Positions 39,370-48,732 of a stretch of 64,000 nt of DNA are shown here, one piece after another (the first letter of the stretch is position 1; each line of letters opens with the position of its first letter). The notes under the pieces are model-generated. The model had not been told where the DNA came from. It ran no database searches and worked only from the letters and a program-made list of their open reading frames with translations. The stretch comes from a virus (Duplodnaviria > Heunggongvirae > Uroviricota > Caudoviricetes), in the IMG/VR virus record IMGVR_UViG_3300035042_000139, one strand, 5' to 3'. The position numbers were made by a program, and so were the translations under genes.

Positions 39370-40875
39370 TTATTGTATGTTGTCAAAAAATACATTATGT
39401 TCATCTGTCAGCCCTTCTCCGTCTTCTACCACGAAAATCTGCTGGCCCGGTCTTGCTCCAGTCTGCATCATGTTAGCAGAAAGCCTATCTCCTCCAACGA
39501 GGCTTGGTAAAAGAATTCTTCTGTAAGAAGGCCCTTCAGCTGCTCTGTGATGTAAGTGTCCCTGACATAAGTAACTTCTCTTTTTAGGAAGCCCTTCAAG
39601 CTCTAATATGCTTAAGGCTTGTTTTTGTGCTGTAGGACTGTCCACTTTTGTTGTCAGGAAGTTGCCGTGGAACTGTACAAGATAATAGTCGTAAATCTCA
39701 TGTACTTTGTATTCTATGTTTTCAGAATCTACTTTGATATCTTCATAATCTTTAAGTAATTCCTTAATGAACATATTAGCTAAAACATCCCAGTTGATAT
39801 TGCCTTTTGAGTGGTTTCCTGGCACTCCAGCATACTCTACATGCTGATGGTGCTGGTGGATTGTTAGGATAAAATCAACAACATCCTGAACATAACCCAT
39901 TACCTGCTCTTCGTACAATACGTCCTGATGTTCTCTCTGGCCCGGGTAAACATCTGCATTAGGAGAGTCTGGGCCATCACCGTAGTTTAAAATTAATACC
40001 TTTTCCGGTTTATGTCTCTCTAGCATCATTAAAACTTTTTCTATGAATTTATCTATTCTCTGCTGGTATATAACTTTGTTTAACTCATTGTTTCCTAAAA
40101 TCTTGGCACTTAAAACAGTTTTACCTTTGTGCCAGTCAGAGATATTAACTACTAAAGTGTTTTTGTTCAGCTTCTTTTCTTCATTTAAGTGAACAATTTC
40201 TGGAGGCCTGTACTCTACTTGTTCTAAGTTTTCTAAAATTCTATCGGCCTGTTTTTTTAGAAGATAATCTTTTTCTTTGTATTTCTTGTTTTCTCTGATA
40301 GCTTTTTTGTACTGTTTTTGCTCTATCTCTCTGTAGTATAACGCTTCCTTTTGCTCAAGACTTAAGTCTGCCATCTCCTGTGGAGTTAGCTCTCTTTGAA
40401 CTTCTTTTCTAAAAGGAATGCTGTCGTGGATTACTCCGTAGCCTTTTAAGATTACATGAACTTCCTTAATTGAAAGTCCTACATCTCTTGCGGTTTCCTT
40501 TTTGGTAAGCCCTATATTGCAGTAATCTTCCAAGACTCTATCCAAGATATCCTTGCTTACATCAAACTCTCCGAAAGGAGCTCTAAAAATGTAAATGTCA
40601 TCTATCTTCTCATAAGGATATTTGTTTTCATCATTTAGATAGTAGTCGCCATCTAGTTCTTCTTCAGTAAAATCTACATATTTCTCTTTACCAGAAAACT
40701 CCAACTCATCTTCATACTGTTCATAATCCTCAACTGTAATACCATACTTATCCATCCAGTACTTAATTGCTTTATGGTCGCAGTCAAGCTCTCTTGCGAG
40801 AGGTCTCTGGCCACCATACTCTCTAAGTAAGGACAGTAAAGTTTCCCTGTCTTTTTTAGCCTCGTTATAATCCAA
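39370..40875 (-). CDS. Calcineurin-like metallophosphoesterase with N-terminal HTH region
   Basis: SDWHKG, YGDGPD, PGNH, FHG, QGHLHH motifs in canonical order. Confidence 0.75.
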   Translation of the reverse strand: MDYNEAKKDRETLLSLLREYGGQRPLARELDCDHKAIKYWMDKYGITVEDYEQYEDELEFSGKEKYVDFTEEELDGDYYLNDENKYPYEKIDDIYIFRAPFGEFDVSKDILDRVLEDYCNIGLTKKETARDVGLSIKEVHVILKGYGVIHDSIPFRKEVQRELTPQEMADLSLEQKEALYYREIEQKQYKKAIRENKKYKEKDYLLKKQADRILENLEQVEYRPPEIVHLNEEKKLNKNTLVVNISDWHKGKTVLSAKILGNNELNKVIYQQRIDKFIEKVLMMLERHKPEKVLILNYGDGPDSPNADVYPGQREHQDVLYEEQVMGYVQDVVDFILTIHQHHQHVEYAGVPGNHSKGNINWDVLANMFIKELLKDYEDIKVDSENIEYKVHEIYDYYLVQFHGNFLTTKVDSPTAQKQALSILELEGLPKKRSYLCQGHLHHRAAEGPSYRRILLPSLVGGDRLSANMMQTGARPGQQIFVVEDGEGLTDEHNVFFDNIQ

Positions 40876-40887
40876 ACCTATTCCCCC

Positions 40888-42630
40888 TTAATAGTTTAGG
40901 TCCTTATTTTCTATATAATTTGCTGCCAATATCGGTACATCTTTATCGGCAATATCTATATCTTTTTTGAGTTTCTCTAATAGATTTTTGTTCTCTTCAT
41001 TTTTTGCATCTGTATTCAACTCACATGAGAAGCTAACAGCTTTATCATCTTTAATCCATTTTTTATATTCTTGGTTATTTGCGAATTCTATTCTTGGTAT
41101 ATCTGAAGGGTACTCTGGTATGAAGTTGTTGTAAGAGCCGTCATAATCAAAAGGACTTATACAACCTCCAACATTTACATTTTTATAAGTACCTGATTCA
41201 TTGTCGTAGTAGGTTCCAAAACCACTATCAACCAGGAATCCTTCTATCCACTGTTCTATCCCCTGGCTTAGCGAGAATTTATCTAATGTATTCAATACCT
41301 TAGAGAACTTGGTTAAAAGGTCGTAAACAGCCTGTGTTTTTGCCTTCTCAAAAAGCTTTACAGAATCCTCATCGTAAATATCTATCTGTTGATGGATGGC
41401 TCTGTAGATATCTAAAAGGCATTCTTCTATTTCCTCAAATACCTCATCCATTTTGTCAAAAGTAAAATCCATCAGCTCTTCTAAATATATACAGTCTAAT
41501 ATATTATCTGGATTATCAAAATCACCGCTTACACTGTCGAAAAGTTTATATACATTTCTAAATGCTGATATTTCTAAATCCCTCAGCATACTTATTGACT
41601 TTCCAAGCAGAGCTTTTAGCGGAGCTGTGAGTATGTCTATCAGCTCATTTTCTATTTGTGCCAGAATTTTAGACGCATCATTATAAGATAGGGCAAGAAG
41701 CGCCCTTATCGTATCAACCGCATCCTTTAACTCTTTGATGTTTAATCTCTCCAGCCTATCATCGATATCCTCTATATCGTCATCTAATCCTGCCTGCTTT
41801 AAAAGTGCCTTTAACATACAGCAGACAGTACCATCAAAGTTGTCATAAGGTGAAGCTACAACCATATATCCTATTTTTTGAACAAAACTATCTGTTTTTT
41901 CTAATTTTTTGTAGATGCTGTAAGAATGGCTTGCTGTATAACCTAAGCTGTTTTTAGTTCTTGAAATTTCTTTTCTAACTCTATCCATTTCAAACTGAAT
42001 TGAGCGGGCTTTATCAGCATTACCTCTTCTACTTTCTTTTTTAAATTCTTCTTTCAAATTCTCTCTTTTTCTTTCCAACTCTAAAAATATATCATTTAAA
42101 ATCTCAATCTTTTTCTTTGAGTCATCTATTACATCCTGTCTGTAGATTATGTCTAAATAATCTTCCTCTAGGTCAAACTCATAAGCTAAATCTTTTATAT
42201 AATTTTTAAGACCCTTAGCCTCAAATTTCATCAAGTCTAAAATAGCATCAAGGTCATTTTCGTTCTCTCTTTTTAAGCTTAAGAGTCTTTTGTAATAATC
42301 AATAGCCATATTGCCAGTTATGTCAGACTGTCTTCCTTCAAACTCTGTGACATAGCTATTGTCCTCATCGCTTAAGATTTGCTGGCAATAATATTTTTTT
42401 ACAGCTTTTGGCTTGTAATCTTCAAAACCATCTTCTTTTGCAAGTTCTTTTTCTGTTTTGTCAATTAGAAAGTCGATTTTTACATTAAGCTCTTCAACTT
42501 TTTCTTCATTATCTTTTGAGCTTACATAATTTTCGGATTTGATTATCCTTTTTTTATACTGGTTTGGAGGAGCCTCATCCAGCTTGTAAAAAATGTTCGG
42601 ACTGTATTCAATTCCGTAGTTTTTAGCCAA
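40888..42630 (-). CDS. Hypothetical helical protein between terL and portal
   Basis: 580-aa ORF, TTG start after AGGGTG; no motif recognised. Confidence 0.6.
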   Translation of the reverse strand: MAKNYGIEYSPNIFYKLDEAPPNQYKKRIIKSENYVSSKDNEEKVEELNVKIDFLIDKTEKELAKEDGFEDYKPKAVKKYYCQQILSDEDNSYVTEFEGRQSDITGNMAIDYYKRLLSLKRENENDLDAILDLMKFEAKGLKNYIKDLAYEFDLEEDYLDIIYRQDVIDDSKKKIEILNDIFLELERKRENLKEEFKKESRRGNADKARSIQFEMDRVRKEISRTKNSLGYTASHSYSIYKKLEKTDSFVQKIGYMVVASPYDNFDGTVCCMLKALLKQAGLDDDIEDIDDRLERLNIKELKDAVDTIRALLALSYNDASKILAQIENELIDILTAPLKALLGKSISMLRDLEISAFRNVYKLFDSVSGDFDNPDNILDCIYLEELMDFTFDKMDEVFEEIEECLLDIYRAIHQQIDIYDEDSVKLFEKAKTQAVYDLLTKFSKVLNTLDKFSLSQGIEQWIEGFLVDSGFGTYYDNESGTYKNVNVGGCISPFDYDGSYNNFIPEYPSDIPRIEFANNQEYKKWIKDDKAVSFSCELNTDAKNEENKNLLEKLKKDIDIADKDVPILAANYIENKDLNY

Positions 42631-42706
42631 AATAAATCACCCTTTTCATTTTTAAATCTATATAAACACGGGAGGAAGGGGGAGGAAACCTCCCATGTCT
42701 ATAACA

Positions 42707-44455
42707 TTAAATGTTCTTTCTTCCCGGGGGTCGTCTTTGCGTGCCACGAGAGCCCCAGGTATTATTACTCTTTCTAAAATTTCCATACTCTATTGATTTC
42801 ATGTGTTTAACATATTCCGGCTCTCCCTCAAGCTCTTTTTCAAGCTGCCTTTGTTTCTTTGTTTTATTCCGGTCATTGTTAAACTGTAATTTCTCTTTTA
42901 CACTTTCAAGCCGTTTGTTTACCTTGGCCATGATTGTTGCTTTTCTTCTTTTTTCTAAAAGTTTTGTGATATCAGGAAACTCCTGGTTGAAGGCAAGCAC
43001 TGTCAATACAAAAGCATCATGAGCGTGCTCGTTTTCAGAAGTATATATCGGCTTACCGACAGAACTTCTTTTGACAACCTGATAGTTTTCCATCTGCTTT
43101 ACTAGAAGGTCATCATGTGCTGAAAACATCAACTGGTCTCTTTCTAAAAGTATCTGAGCCTGTGTAATCATGAAGTGCTTTGTTTCTTTTTTGTCTATTG
43201 TGTTATCTGCCGGGTCTAAAACTTCTATCTTAGAGTTAAAGGCTATACCTTTTACGATATCTTTACCTATACTCTTTTTTAAGACCTCAACCTGATACTC
43301 ACCATAACCTCTATCGAGGTAGATTTTGTCAGGTTTCCAGAAATTATTTAACTCCTGTATCTTTTTAACCGCATTATCAAATGTATATTCAGTTGAGGGT
43401 ATCTCTGCTCTTTCGATAACCCTTATCTTTTTATTTTCTTCATCATATTCGGAAACAACAATTTCTGTTGCGGCTCCGTATTTATCCCAGTCAGAAGCGA
43501 TAATCCTAACTCTCTGTGGCATCGGAGAACGCTGTCTCATTTCTTCATATGTGTAATCATATTTTGAGTCATCTAATTTTGATTTGTTGTAAACGCCTGT
43601 TGTGGCATCACCAAAATCAGCATCAACCTCGTGCACATAACCCTGAGCACTAAACATGGCCTTAAGTTCTTTATCCATATCATCAGACCATTTAGGGTTA
43701 ACCCATGATGGATAATGATACTGAACCCAGCCGTTTGCAAGGTTGTCATCTCTTTCAATATAATTTTCGCATCGGTCAATATCTTTAGTTTGAAGCCATA
43801 ATTCTTTATCATCCACGGTATAGGTCTTACTTGCGTAAGTACACCACTCCCAGAACATCTTTCTCTGTCCTGTTGGAGTTGAAGAACACCAGATACCAAT
43901 CGACTCCATATCTTCAAGCTGCATACCCATGATGGAGTTGATATCGCCTTCTGTTAAATAATCTGTCTCGTCAAGGAAGATGTATGTTGCTCCCTGTCCA
44001 CGAATAGAGCTTGCACCCTTACCTGAACCAGAGCCTGCTGATAGACCCATTATCATCGAGCCGTTTCCAAACTCAATCCTTTGTGGACTTTGGACACTTC
44101 TTGTGACCGAAGCCTGCAGTATAGGAGAGTTCTGGATAAGCTTTCTCAGCTCATCAAAGATTGTGTCTACCTGAATTCCGTATGGACCGATAACTAAAAG
44201 TCTTTCATCCTTGCCATCTGGCTGAACAAAAGCCCTCCATATCATATATAAAACCATGCCAAAAGTTTTTCCTGAACGGCGGCCCCAACGGGCAACCTTC
44301 TTTAAATTCTTATCCCTCAGTATCTTCTTCTGATACCAGCGAGGGTTAATTCCTAAAACAGCCTTTGAGAATACAACAGGGTCATCAAAAATACCGCTTA
44401 ACTCAGGGTCGTTCATTAATTCCTCTATTAAGCTATGCATTTCATTTTTTGCCAT
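42707..44455 (-). CDS. terL: Terminase large subunit
   Basis: Walker A GRRSGKT, Walker B IFLDE, RNase H-like nuclease motifs ASDWD and HAHDA. Confidence 0.92.
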   Translation of the reverse strand: MAKNEMHSLIEELMNDPELSGIFDDPVVFSKAVLGINPRWYQKKILRDKNLKKVARWGRRSGKTFGMVLYMIWRAFVQPDGKDERLLVIGPYGIQVDTIFDELRKLIQNSPILQASVTRSVQSPQRIEFGNGSMIMGLSAGSGSGKGASSIRGQGATYIFLDETDYLTEGDINSIMGMQLEDMESIGIWCSSTPTGQRKMFWEWCTYASKTYTVDDKELWLQTKDIDRCENYIERDDNLANGWVQYHYPSWVNPKWSDDMDKELKAMFSAQGYVHEVDADFGDATTGVYNKSKLDDSKYDYTYEEMRQRSPMPQRVRIIASDWDKYGAATEIVVSEYDEENKKIRVIERAEIPSTEYTFDNAVKKIQELNNFWKPDKIYLDRGYGEYQVEVLKKSIGKDIVKGIAFNSKIEVLDPADNTIDKKETKHFMITQAQILLERDQLMFSAHDDLLVKQMENYQVVKRSSVGKPIYTSENEHAHDAFVLTVLAFNQEFPDITKLLEKRRKATIMAKVNKRLESVKEKLQFNNDRNKTKKQRQLEKELEGEPEYVKHMKSIEYGNFRKSNNTWGSRGTQRRPPGRKNI

Positions 44456-44529
44456 AATAATCCCCTGCTGTTTTAATATTTATGTTTAGTTAAGATGTCT
44501 TTACTATACTAAACAACCTAGTTAAATTT

Positions 44530-44850
44530 TTAAGTAAGCTCTTCAGTTAGTATGTCTTCTATATTTTCAAAGTCCCAATACGGAATCTCTATTAGCTTAT
44601 ATTCGTTTTCTTTGCAAAATTCTTTTTTTCTTTTATCATGTTCTTTTTGCTTTTTTAATTTTTCATACCCGCCCCAAGCCTTTATAGGCTCATAATGCTG
44701 TCTTCCATTATATTCTATAAACCAGTATAAATCATATAAAACATCTCTTTTTTCCATATTAAATACCTCCGATAGTATTTTCCGAATTTTATTAGAGGGC
44801 AAGAAATCAGTTCGGAATCTGACTTTCGGTAATGAGCCTATCTTGCCCAT
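44530..44850 (-). pseudogene. Truncated DUF559/Vsr-like endonuclease remnant
   Basis: IEYNGRQHY...WGG...IPYWDF resembles the 50.2 kb endonuclease, but the FEDC-LRFDF segment and the DNA-binding N-terminus are missing and no RBS is evident. Confidence 0.55.
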
Positions 44851-44871
44851 ATATGTAATTACATCATATTT

Positions 44872-45417
44872 TTAAGTTCGGTGATGCCGACGGGCTTCTC
44901 CTCCGACGCTGCTGGCAATCGTTGAGCGGCTTCTTTTAATTTGCTCTAAAGCCCTTGCTCTGCTGCTGTGGTTAGATTGAGCGTCTAAATAGTTGCCACC
45001 TAAATAATTCATGTTTTTAGAGTAGTACTCTTTTTGAGAAGCAGCATCCTTGATTGCAGGATATGCCTGAACAGCAGCCTTACCTATCATTCCAATCATA
45101 AGCTGTGGGGCAACACCATAAACTGCGTTCTCTACAAGCTCTTTACCTAAAGAGGGAAGTAATGCTTCGCCCTGCTTTAACCTGTAGTTAGTACCCCAAA
45201 TAGTACCTGCTGTTTCTGCTATTAACCCAAAACCACCAATACCGAAATTTAAATCATCAATCTTGCTTGATAGTGTTTTGTATCCGTCAGATGTCAGAAA
45301 AGATTTGGCCGCTTTTTTGCCGCTACTTGCAGTAGCTTTGCCAAGTCCTGCGGCTTCACTTCCTGTTTCTCTTGCGTAATCAATACCTCTATTAAGATAA
45401 TCTTTTGGATTAATCAT
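44872..45417 (-). CDS. Gly/Ala-rich hypothetical protein (possible internal virion protein)
   Basis: Hydrophobic segments FGIGGFGLIA and VYGVAPQLMIGMIG. Confidence 0.6.
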   Translation of the reverse strand: MINPKDYLNRGIDYARETGSEAAGLGKATASSGKKAAKSFLTSDGYKTLSSKIDDLNFGIGGFGLIAETAGTIWGTNYRLKQGEALLPSLGKELVENAVYGVAPQLMIGMIGKAAVQAYPAIKDAASQKEYYSKNMNYLGGNYLDAQSNHSSRARALEQIKRSRSTIASSVGGEARRHHRT

Positions 45418-45423
45418 TAATTA

Positions 45424-45708
45424 TCATCTCGTTTCAAATCCGTATTTGCTGAGTGCTAATGTTAAATCTCCAGATGTTCCAAGAGCCGTATTTTGCCTTA
45501 AGTCATAGCTCATTGACTCAGCCTGAGATATTCCCGGCTGAACATTAGAAATTGTTGGCTTGCCGTATTTGTTCTGCATAACAGCTCCTCCAATCATTCC
45601 GGCAGAAGCACCAAAACCAACAGCATGACCAAGACCTGTAAGTTTAACACCGCTTAAAGCATTGTTTATTGTTCTTTTATGACCGCCTGTTGCTAATCTC
45701 CAATCCAT
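45424..45708 (-). CDS. Small Gly-rich hypothetical protein
   Basis: LTGLGHAVGFGASAGMIGGAV segment; GAGG RBS. Confidence 0.6.
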   Translation of the reverse strand: MDWRLATGGHKRTINNALSGVKLTGLGHAVGFGASAGMIGGAVMQNKYGKPTISNVQPGISQAESMSYDLRQNTALGTSGDLTLALSKYGFETR

Positions 45709-45722
45709 TTAAATCAGCCTCC

Positions 45723-45998
45723 CTATAAGAAAGGAACTAAAGGAACATTATGGCCAGGGTCTCTTACTTTTCTGTAGCCCTGATAACCAGCAGCAACAGT
45801 CATTGCTTTACCTGTTTTAGACATTCCTGGAGCAAAAGTTTTTATGCCACCAGACTGTTTTACAAGACCACCTTTCCAGCTTTTACTCATCTGCTTTCTG
45901 GCTCCTGTAAGCCCATTTTCAAGTAATTCAGAGCCAGTTCTTCTGTAAAAGTCTGCAACTTCGCCAACTCCTCTTCTGAAACCATTAATAAGACCCAT
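45723..45998 (-). CDS. Small basic Gly-rich hypothetical protein
   Basis: 91-aa ORF tightly coupled to its neighbours. Confidence 0.6.
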   Translation of the reverse strand: MGLINGFRRGVGEVADFYRRTGSELLENGLTGARKQMSKSWKGGLVKQSGGIKTFAPGMSKTGKAMTVAAGYQGYRKVRDPGHNVPLVPFL

Positions 45999-46000
45999 CT

Positions 46001-46690
46001 TTATTCCTCCTCTATTTCAGCTTCATTTGTTACATCTATAGTGTTTTCTTTTTCCTGTTTAAATTTATCCAGTTGTGCTCTCATATCAGAAATAACTGAG
46101 CTTGGGTCAAGGTTATTAGCCCTTCCAGCTTCAGCCTTATCTTTTCTTGTACCCTGCAGAAGCTTTAATGTGTCCTGTCTTCTTTTTAATAGTCTGCTCT
46201 GCAGTTCATAAGCTTTGTTTATCTGAGGCTGTCTTATAGGCTGACCTTCTTCGGTAAGCCCGATAATTATATCCTGTACAATCTCAGCATCCTTAGCTAA
46301 TTTTTTATTACATCTTAAAAGTGATATATCCAAGTCAACTAAATTTCTAATCATTGTGATATCTACCATATCCTTTTCCTCAACCTCAAATTCAACCATG
46401 TATCTTTTTACAAGGTCTTCTATAGTTGAGATTTCTATAGGACACGGGTCTTTATAAGGAGCATTGCCGTTTTTTGCTAGATGGCATACATCAGCATATG
46501 GGCAGTCCTGACCTTTGCACCTGATTGGTACGTTGGCATACAATCCGTGTTTTAAATTGACCATTTGGTCTGATATTTTTTTAGCTTTTCTTCCTTCTGG
46601 CGACATATCCCAAACATCTTTTGGCAAATTCTTAGCACAAATTGCTTTGCCCTGTTCAGTGAAAGGCCCTGTTTGGCCTGTATTAGCCAT
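46001..46690 (-). CDS. Putative terminase small subunit
   Basis: Upstream of terL; Cys cluster CKGQDCPYADVC...CPIE followed by a helical oligomerisation-like region. Confidence 0.45.
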   Translation of the reverse strand: MANTGQTGPFTEQGKAICAKNLPKDVWDMSPEGRKAKKISDQMVNLKHGLYANVPIRCKGQDCPYADVCHLAKNGNAPYKDPCPIEISTIEDLVKRYMVEFEVEEKDMVDITMIRNLVDLDISLLRCNKKLAKDAEIVQDIIIGLTEEGQPIRQPQINKAYELQSRLLKRRQDTLKLLQGTRKDKAEAGRANNLDPSSVISDMRAQLDKFKQEKENTIDVTNEAEIEEE

Positions 46691-46706
46691 AAAAACACCC
46701 CCGTTT

Positions 46707-47384
46707 CTACTTAATAGCTCTTACTATATCCGGATAAACAAAAAACCTTTTATCTGCTACCTCTCTTAGTAGGTCCTTACCTATTAAAAGGCAGACCGGC
46801 TTTTCCGGCAGACTTTCAGAGTAGCAGTAGTCAAAATGTTTGTGGCCCTGTTTTGACCTGCCACCAATGTTTTTGTCTACAATATTTTTTGTATCCGAAA
46901 TCATTCGCTCTTTTGTGTATCCTAAATCGTTTAATTTATTTAACAGCTTCCTTTTATCAATCATTAAGATGTCCAGCTGGGCTATATTTTTTGTTCTAAA
47001 TTTGTTTATTTTACCTCTATGCCAACCTTTTCCCTCTTTCGAAAAAGGGAATATCACAAAATAGAATTCTGTTTCAAGCTCTTCATCAACAAACCAGCCA
47101 CCAACTCTTTTGTCTAATCTCTGGTGAAAAAAGCTTATTTCAAAAGCATTGGTCTGTAAGTTCTTATCTATATAATGTGACTGTATCTTCTCGTCAATCT
47201 TAATATTTTCATAAAAAGAGCCATCCTGAAATTTAAAGGTGGCAACTGTATCAATTCCTGCTAGCTGTTTATCTCTGTCAAATACTCTTTGATATGAACT
47301 TGCCACCATACTATAAAAGTTCTCATCTAAATATCTGCTAAATTGGTTGTCTAAACTTAAATCTATTCCATACTGTGCCCCCAC
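46707..47384 (-). CDS. PD-(D/E)xK restriction-endonuclease-like protein
   Basis: QLAGID...IDEK...AFEIS; GTG start at 47384 after AAGGGG. Confidence 0.6.
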   Translation of the reverse strand: MGAQYGIDLSLDNQFSRYLDENFYSMVASSYQRVFDRDKQLAGIDTVATFKFQDGSFYENIKIDEKIQSHYIDKNLQTNAFEISFFHQRLDKRVGGWFVDEELETEFYFVIFPFSKEGKGWHRGKINKFRTKNIAQLDILMIDKRKLLNKLNDLGYTKERMISDTKNIVDKNIGGRSKQGHKHFDYCYSESLPEKPVCLLIGKDLLREVADKRFFVYPDIVRAIK

Positions 47385-47386
47385 TA

Positions 47387-48001
47387 TTAATAACCCCTTT
47401 GTTTTTTGTATTCGAATCCCGGATAAAACCACACCCCTCTAAATGCGGCATCGTTTGTATAATCCTGAAGCATATGGTCCCTTACAACTTCAAGCCAGGC
47501 CTCTCTTTTCTTCCTTCTAAAATTTATTCTTTTGGGTTCTCTTATAATTTCAACCCCACCTATTGGTACAAATCCGTTTTCCCACTTTAAATTATCAAGG
47601 TCAACTTCTATATACCCCATAAACGGAAGAACATCACTCTCTTTTATATGAGAATCCTTAGTAGTTATGATGTAGTTTAAATCTCCTGAAGTACAATACC
47701 CATTCTCTAAGTCAGCAAATGTCATTTTTGCCTCAATATTCCTAACTATAAACTCATAGTCTTTAGTTTTTTTAATATATTTTCTCTGGATACCAACTGC
47801 ATCAGCTACTTTTTTCTTCCACTTAAAATCTCTGTATTTTTCTCTGAGCTCCGTGTTATAAAAAAGCCCAAGCTCAACTTCTGTTCCGGCAAACTTTGAG
47901 CTAAACTTAGTTTTAAGCAGTGATAATGCTACATGTTTTAGTAGGAAGTGTTTTTCAGTTTCGTTTCTCGGAATCCTAATATCAGTATTTGGTTTTAACA
48001 T
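47387..48001 (-). CDS. PD-(D/E)xK-like nuclease (MmcB-like)
   Basis: VADAVG...IEAKMTFADL...NYII. Confidence 0.5.
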   Translation of the reverse strand: MLKPNTDIRIPRNETEKHFLLKHVALSLLKTKFSSKFAGTEVELGLFYNTELREKYRDFKWKKKVADAVGIQRKYIKKTKDYEFIVRNIEAKMTFADLENGYCTSGDLNYIITTKDSHIKESDVLPFMGYIEVDLDNLKWENGFVPIGGVEIIREPKRINFRRKKREAWLEVVRDHMLQDYTNDAAFRGVWFYPGFEYKKQRGY

Positions 48002-48029
48002 TGTAAATCACCACTTATCCTTTTTATCT

Positions 48030-48188
48030 TTAAAACATTCTGTACAATTCTATTTGCTCCATAGTCGATAAACTGTCTGAAACACCTTTGCTTGTGCTCG
48101 GGTAGTTGTAATTAGAACCGTAATCTTTTGAAATGTCTTCTTTTTTGTTTCTTTTAAACGCCTTAACTATTTTTGATAGATTAATCAA
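48030..48188 (-). CDS. 52-aa hypothetical protein (absent from the track)
   Basis: TTG start after GGTGG; MINLSKIVKAFKRNKKEDISK...ELYRMF. Confidence 0.4.
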   Translation of the reverse strand: MINLSKIVKAFKRNKKEDISKDYGSNYNYPSTSKGVSDSLSTMEQIELYRMF

Positions 48189-48272
48189 AATTACCACCGT
48201 CCTTTTATAAAGACTAGCGGCTACTAGTTACGTTTCTACTCTGCCGTAATTAAATTTCTACTCTTTTACTTT

Positions 48273-48364
48273 TGGCAGAAGGAGAGGGATTCGAACCCCC
48301 GATACCCATTAGGGTATAACAGATTTCAAATCTGTCTTCTTTAACCAGACTCGAACATCCTTCT
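48273..48364 (-). tRNA. tRNA-Ser(TGA)
   Basis: Acceptor AGAAGGA/TCCTTCT, loop TT-TGA-AA, long variable arm, TTCGAAT, G73 and encoded CCA. Confidence 0.92.
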
Positions 48365-48368
48365 GTAT

Positions 48369-48443
48369 TGGCGGAGATAAAGAGAATCGAACTCTTACTC
48401 TATGCTTGACAAGCACACGTGCTAACCGTTACACCATACCTCC
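48369..48443 (-). tRNA. tRNA-Asp(GTC)
   Basis: Acceptor GGAGGTA/TATCTCC, loop TT-GTC-AA, G73 and encoded CCA. Confidence 0.9.
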
Positions 48444-48448
48444 ATAAT

Positions 48449-48524
48449 TGGAGCTAACAAAAGGAATCGAACCTACAACCTGATGATTAACAGTCATCTG
48501 CTCTACCAGTTGAGCTATGCTACA
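48449..48524 (-). tRNA. tRNA-Asn(GTT)-like, degenerate acceptor (possible pseudo-tRNA)
   Basis: Perfect D arm and anticodon arm (CT-GTT-AA); pairs 1:72 and 2:71 mismatched, weak T stem, U73, CCA. Confidence 0.7.
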
Positions 48525-48532
48525 GTATTTAT

Positions 48533-48611
48533 TGGAAGCGGGAGCGGGAATCGAACCCGCGTTAAAAGGGATATGAACCCTTCTTGGAAGCCAGCATCCT
48601 TCCCGCCCGCT
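48533..48611 (-). tRNA. Atypical tRNA-Met(CAT), initiator-like anticodon stem
   Basis: AAGGG-TTCATAT-CCCTT, GCGGG-TTCGATT-CCCGC, encoded CCA; extra 3 nt after the D arm. Confidence 0.75.
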
Positions 48612-48613
48612 AT

Positions 48614-48703
48614 CTAAATCAAATCGTTACTACACTTTCTGCAGAAATGGTCTACATTATGCCTGTTCTCTGCTCCACAATCTTCACAAATTACTTTTCT
48701 CAT
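48614..48703 (-). CDS. 29-aa zinc-ribbon peptide (absent from the track)
   Basis: Strong RBS AAGGAGG; MRKVICEDCGAENRHNVDHFCRKCSNDLI. Confidence 0.7.
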   Translation of the reverse strand: MRKVICEDCGAENRHNVDHFCRKCSNDLI

Positions 48704-48732
48704 TTTTTATTCCTCCTTATAGTCTTATAAAC

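Noticed and set aside
2969-44174. Many 60-150 aa plus-strand ORFs opposite the structural genes (e.g. 33780-34226, 26317-26619, 21874-22182)
   Set aside because: Antisense shadows of codon-biased genes; Ser/Leu/Phe-rich, no RBS, fully overlapping real CDSs
42707-44455. Intein or intron in terL
   Set aside because: Normal length and continuous ORF; the ~35-aa insert lacks C/S...HN splice motifs
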